Positions 63,868-64,000 of a DNA stretch of 64,000 nucleotides are shown here, one piece after another. The position numbers were made by a program, and so were the translations under genes. The notes beneath the pieces are model-generated. The model made no database searches, was not told where the DNA came from, and saw only the letters and a list, made by a program, of their open reading frames with translations. The stretch is from Chrysomallon squamiferum (Eukaryota; Animalia; Mollusca): NCBI GenBank assembly GCA_012295275.1, contig CM022665.1, positions 26,536,001-26,600,000 on the forward strand, in the 5' to 3' direction. Within the stretch, counting starts at the first letter, position 1; each line of letters starts with the position of its first letter.

Positions 63868-64000
63868 GATTGTTGTTGTTGTTGTTGTTACTATAGACTT
63901 TCTTTTACAGTTTTAATAATTTTTATGTATGAATGTATAATTACATTTAGACGGCTTATGTAATTTATTGATATTTCATCATATTTCTATATTTTGAAAT

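Overview
AT-rich, microsatellite-rich, intron-dense animal genomic DNA. A mollusc or other lophotrochozoan origin is inferred from the expanded ependymin family and the repeat landscape; it is not proven. There are two main components. (1) A giant minus-strand gene whose 53 coding exons I traced by hand (40593 down to 2109, about 3,555 aa in the window, apparently continuing past the left edge). Its architecture is signal peptide - 8 spondin-type TSP1 repeats - EGF-like - Sushi/CCP - at least 28 cadherin repeats, built from a 4-domain, cysteine-marked super-repeat. (2) A tandem cluster of five divergent ependymin-related (EPDR) genes: four complete 6-exon genes on the minus strand and a fifth, divergently transcribed plus-strand gene cut by the right edge. 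Four of the five promoters share a TGATAAGA GATA motif and one has a perfect DR4 nuclear-receptor element. Also present: Tc1/mariner and pogo-type remnants and MITEs, minisatellites seeded on splice sites, two probable GC-AG introns, and a sharp CpG-depletion boundary near 31.8 kb. All exon coordinates and translations were derived manually and need transcript confirmation.
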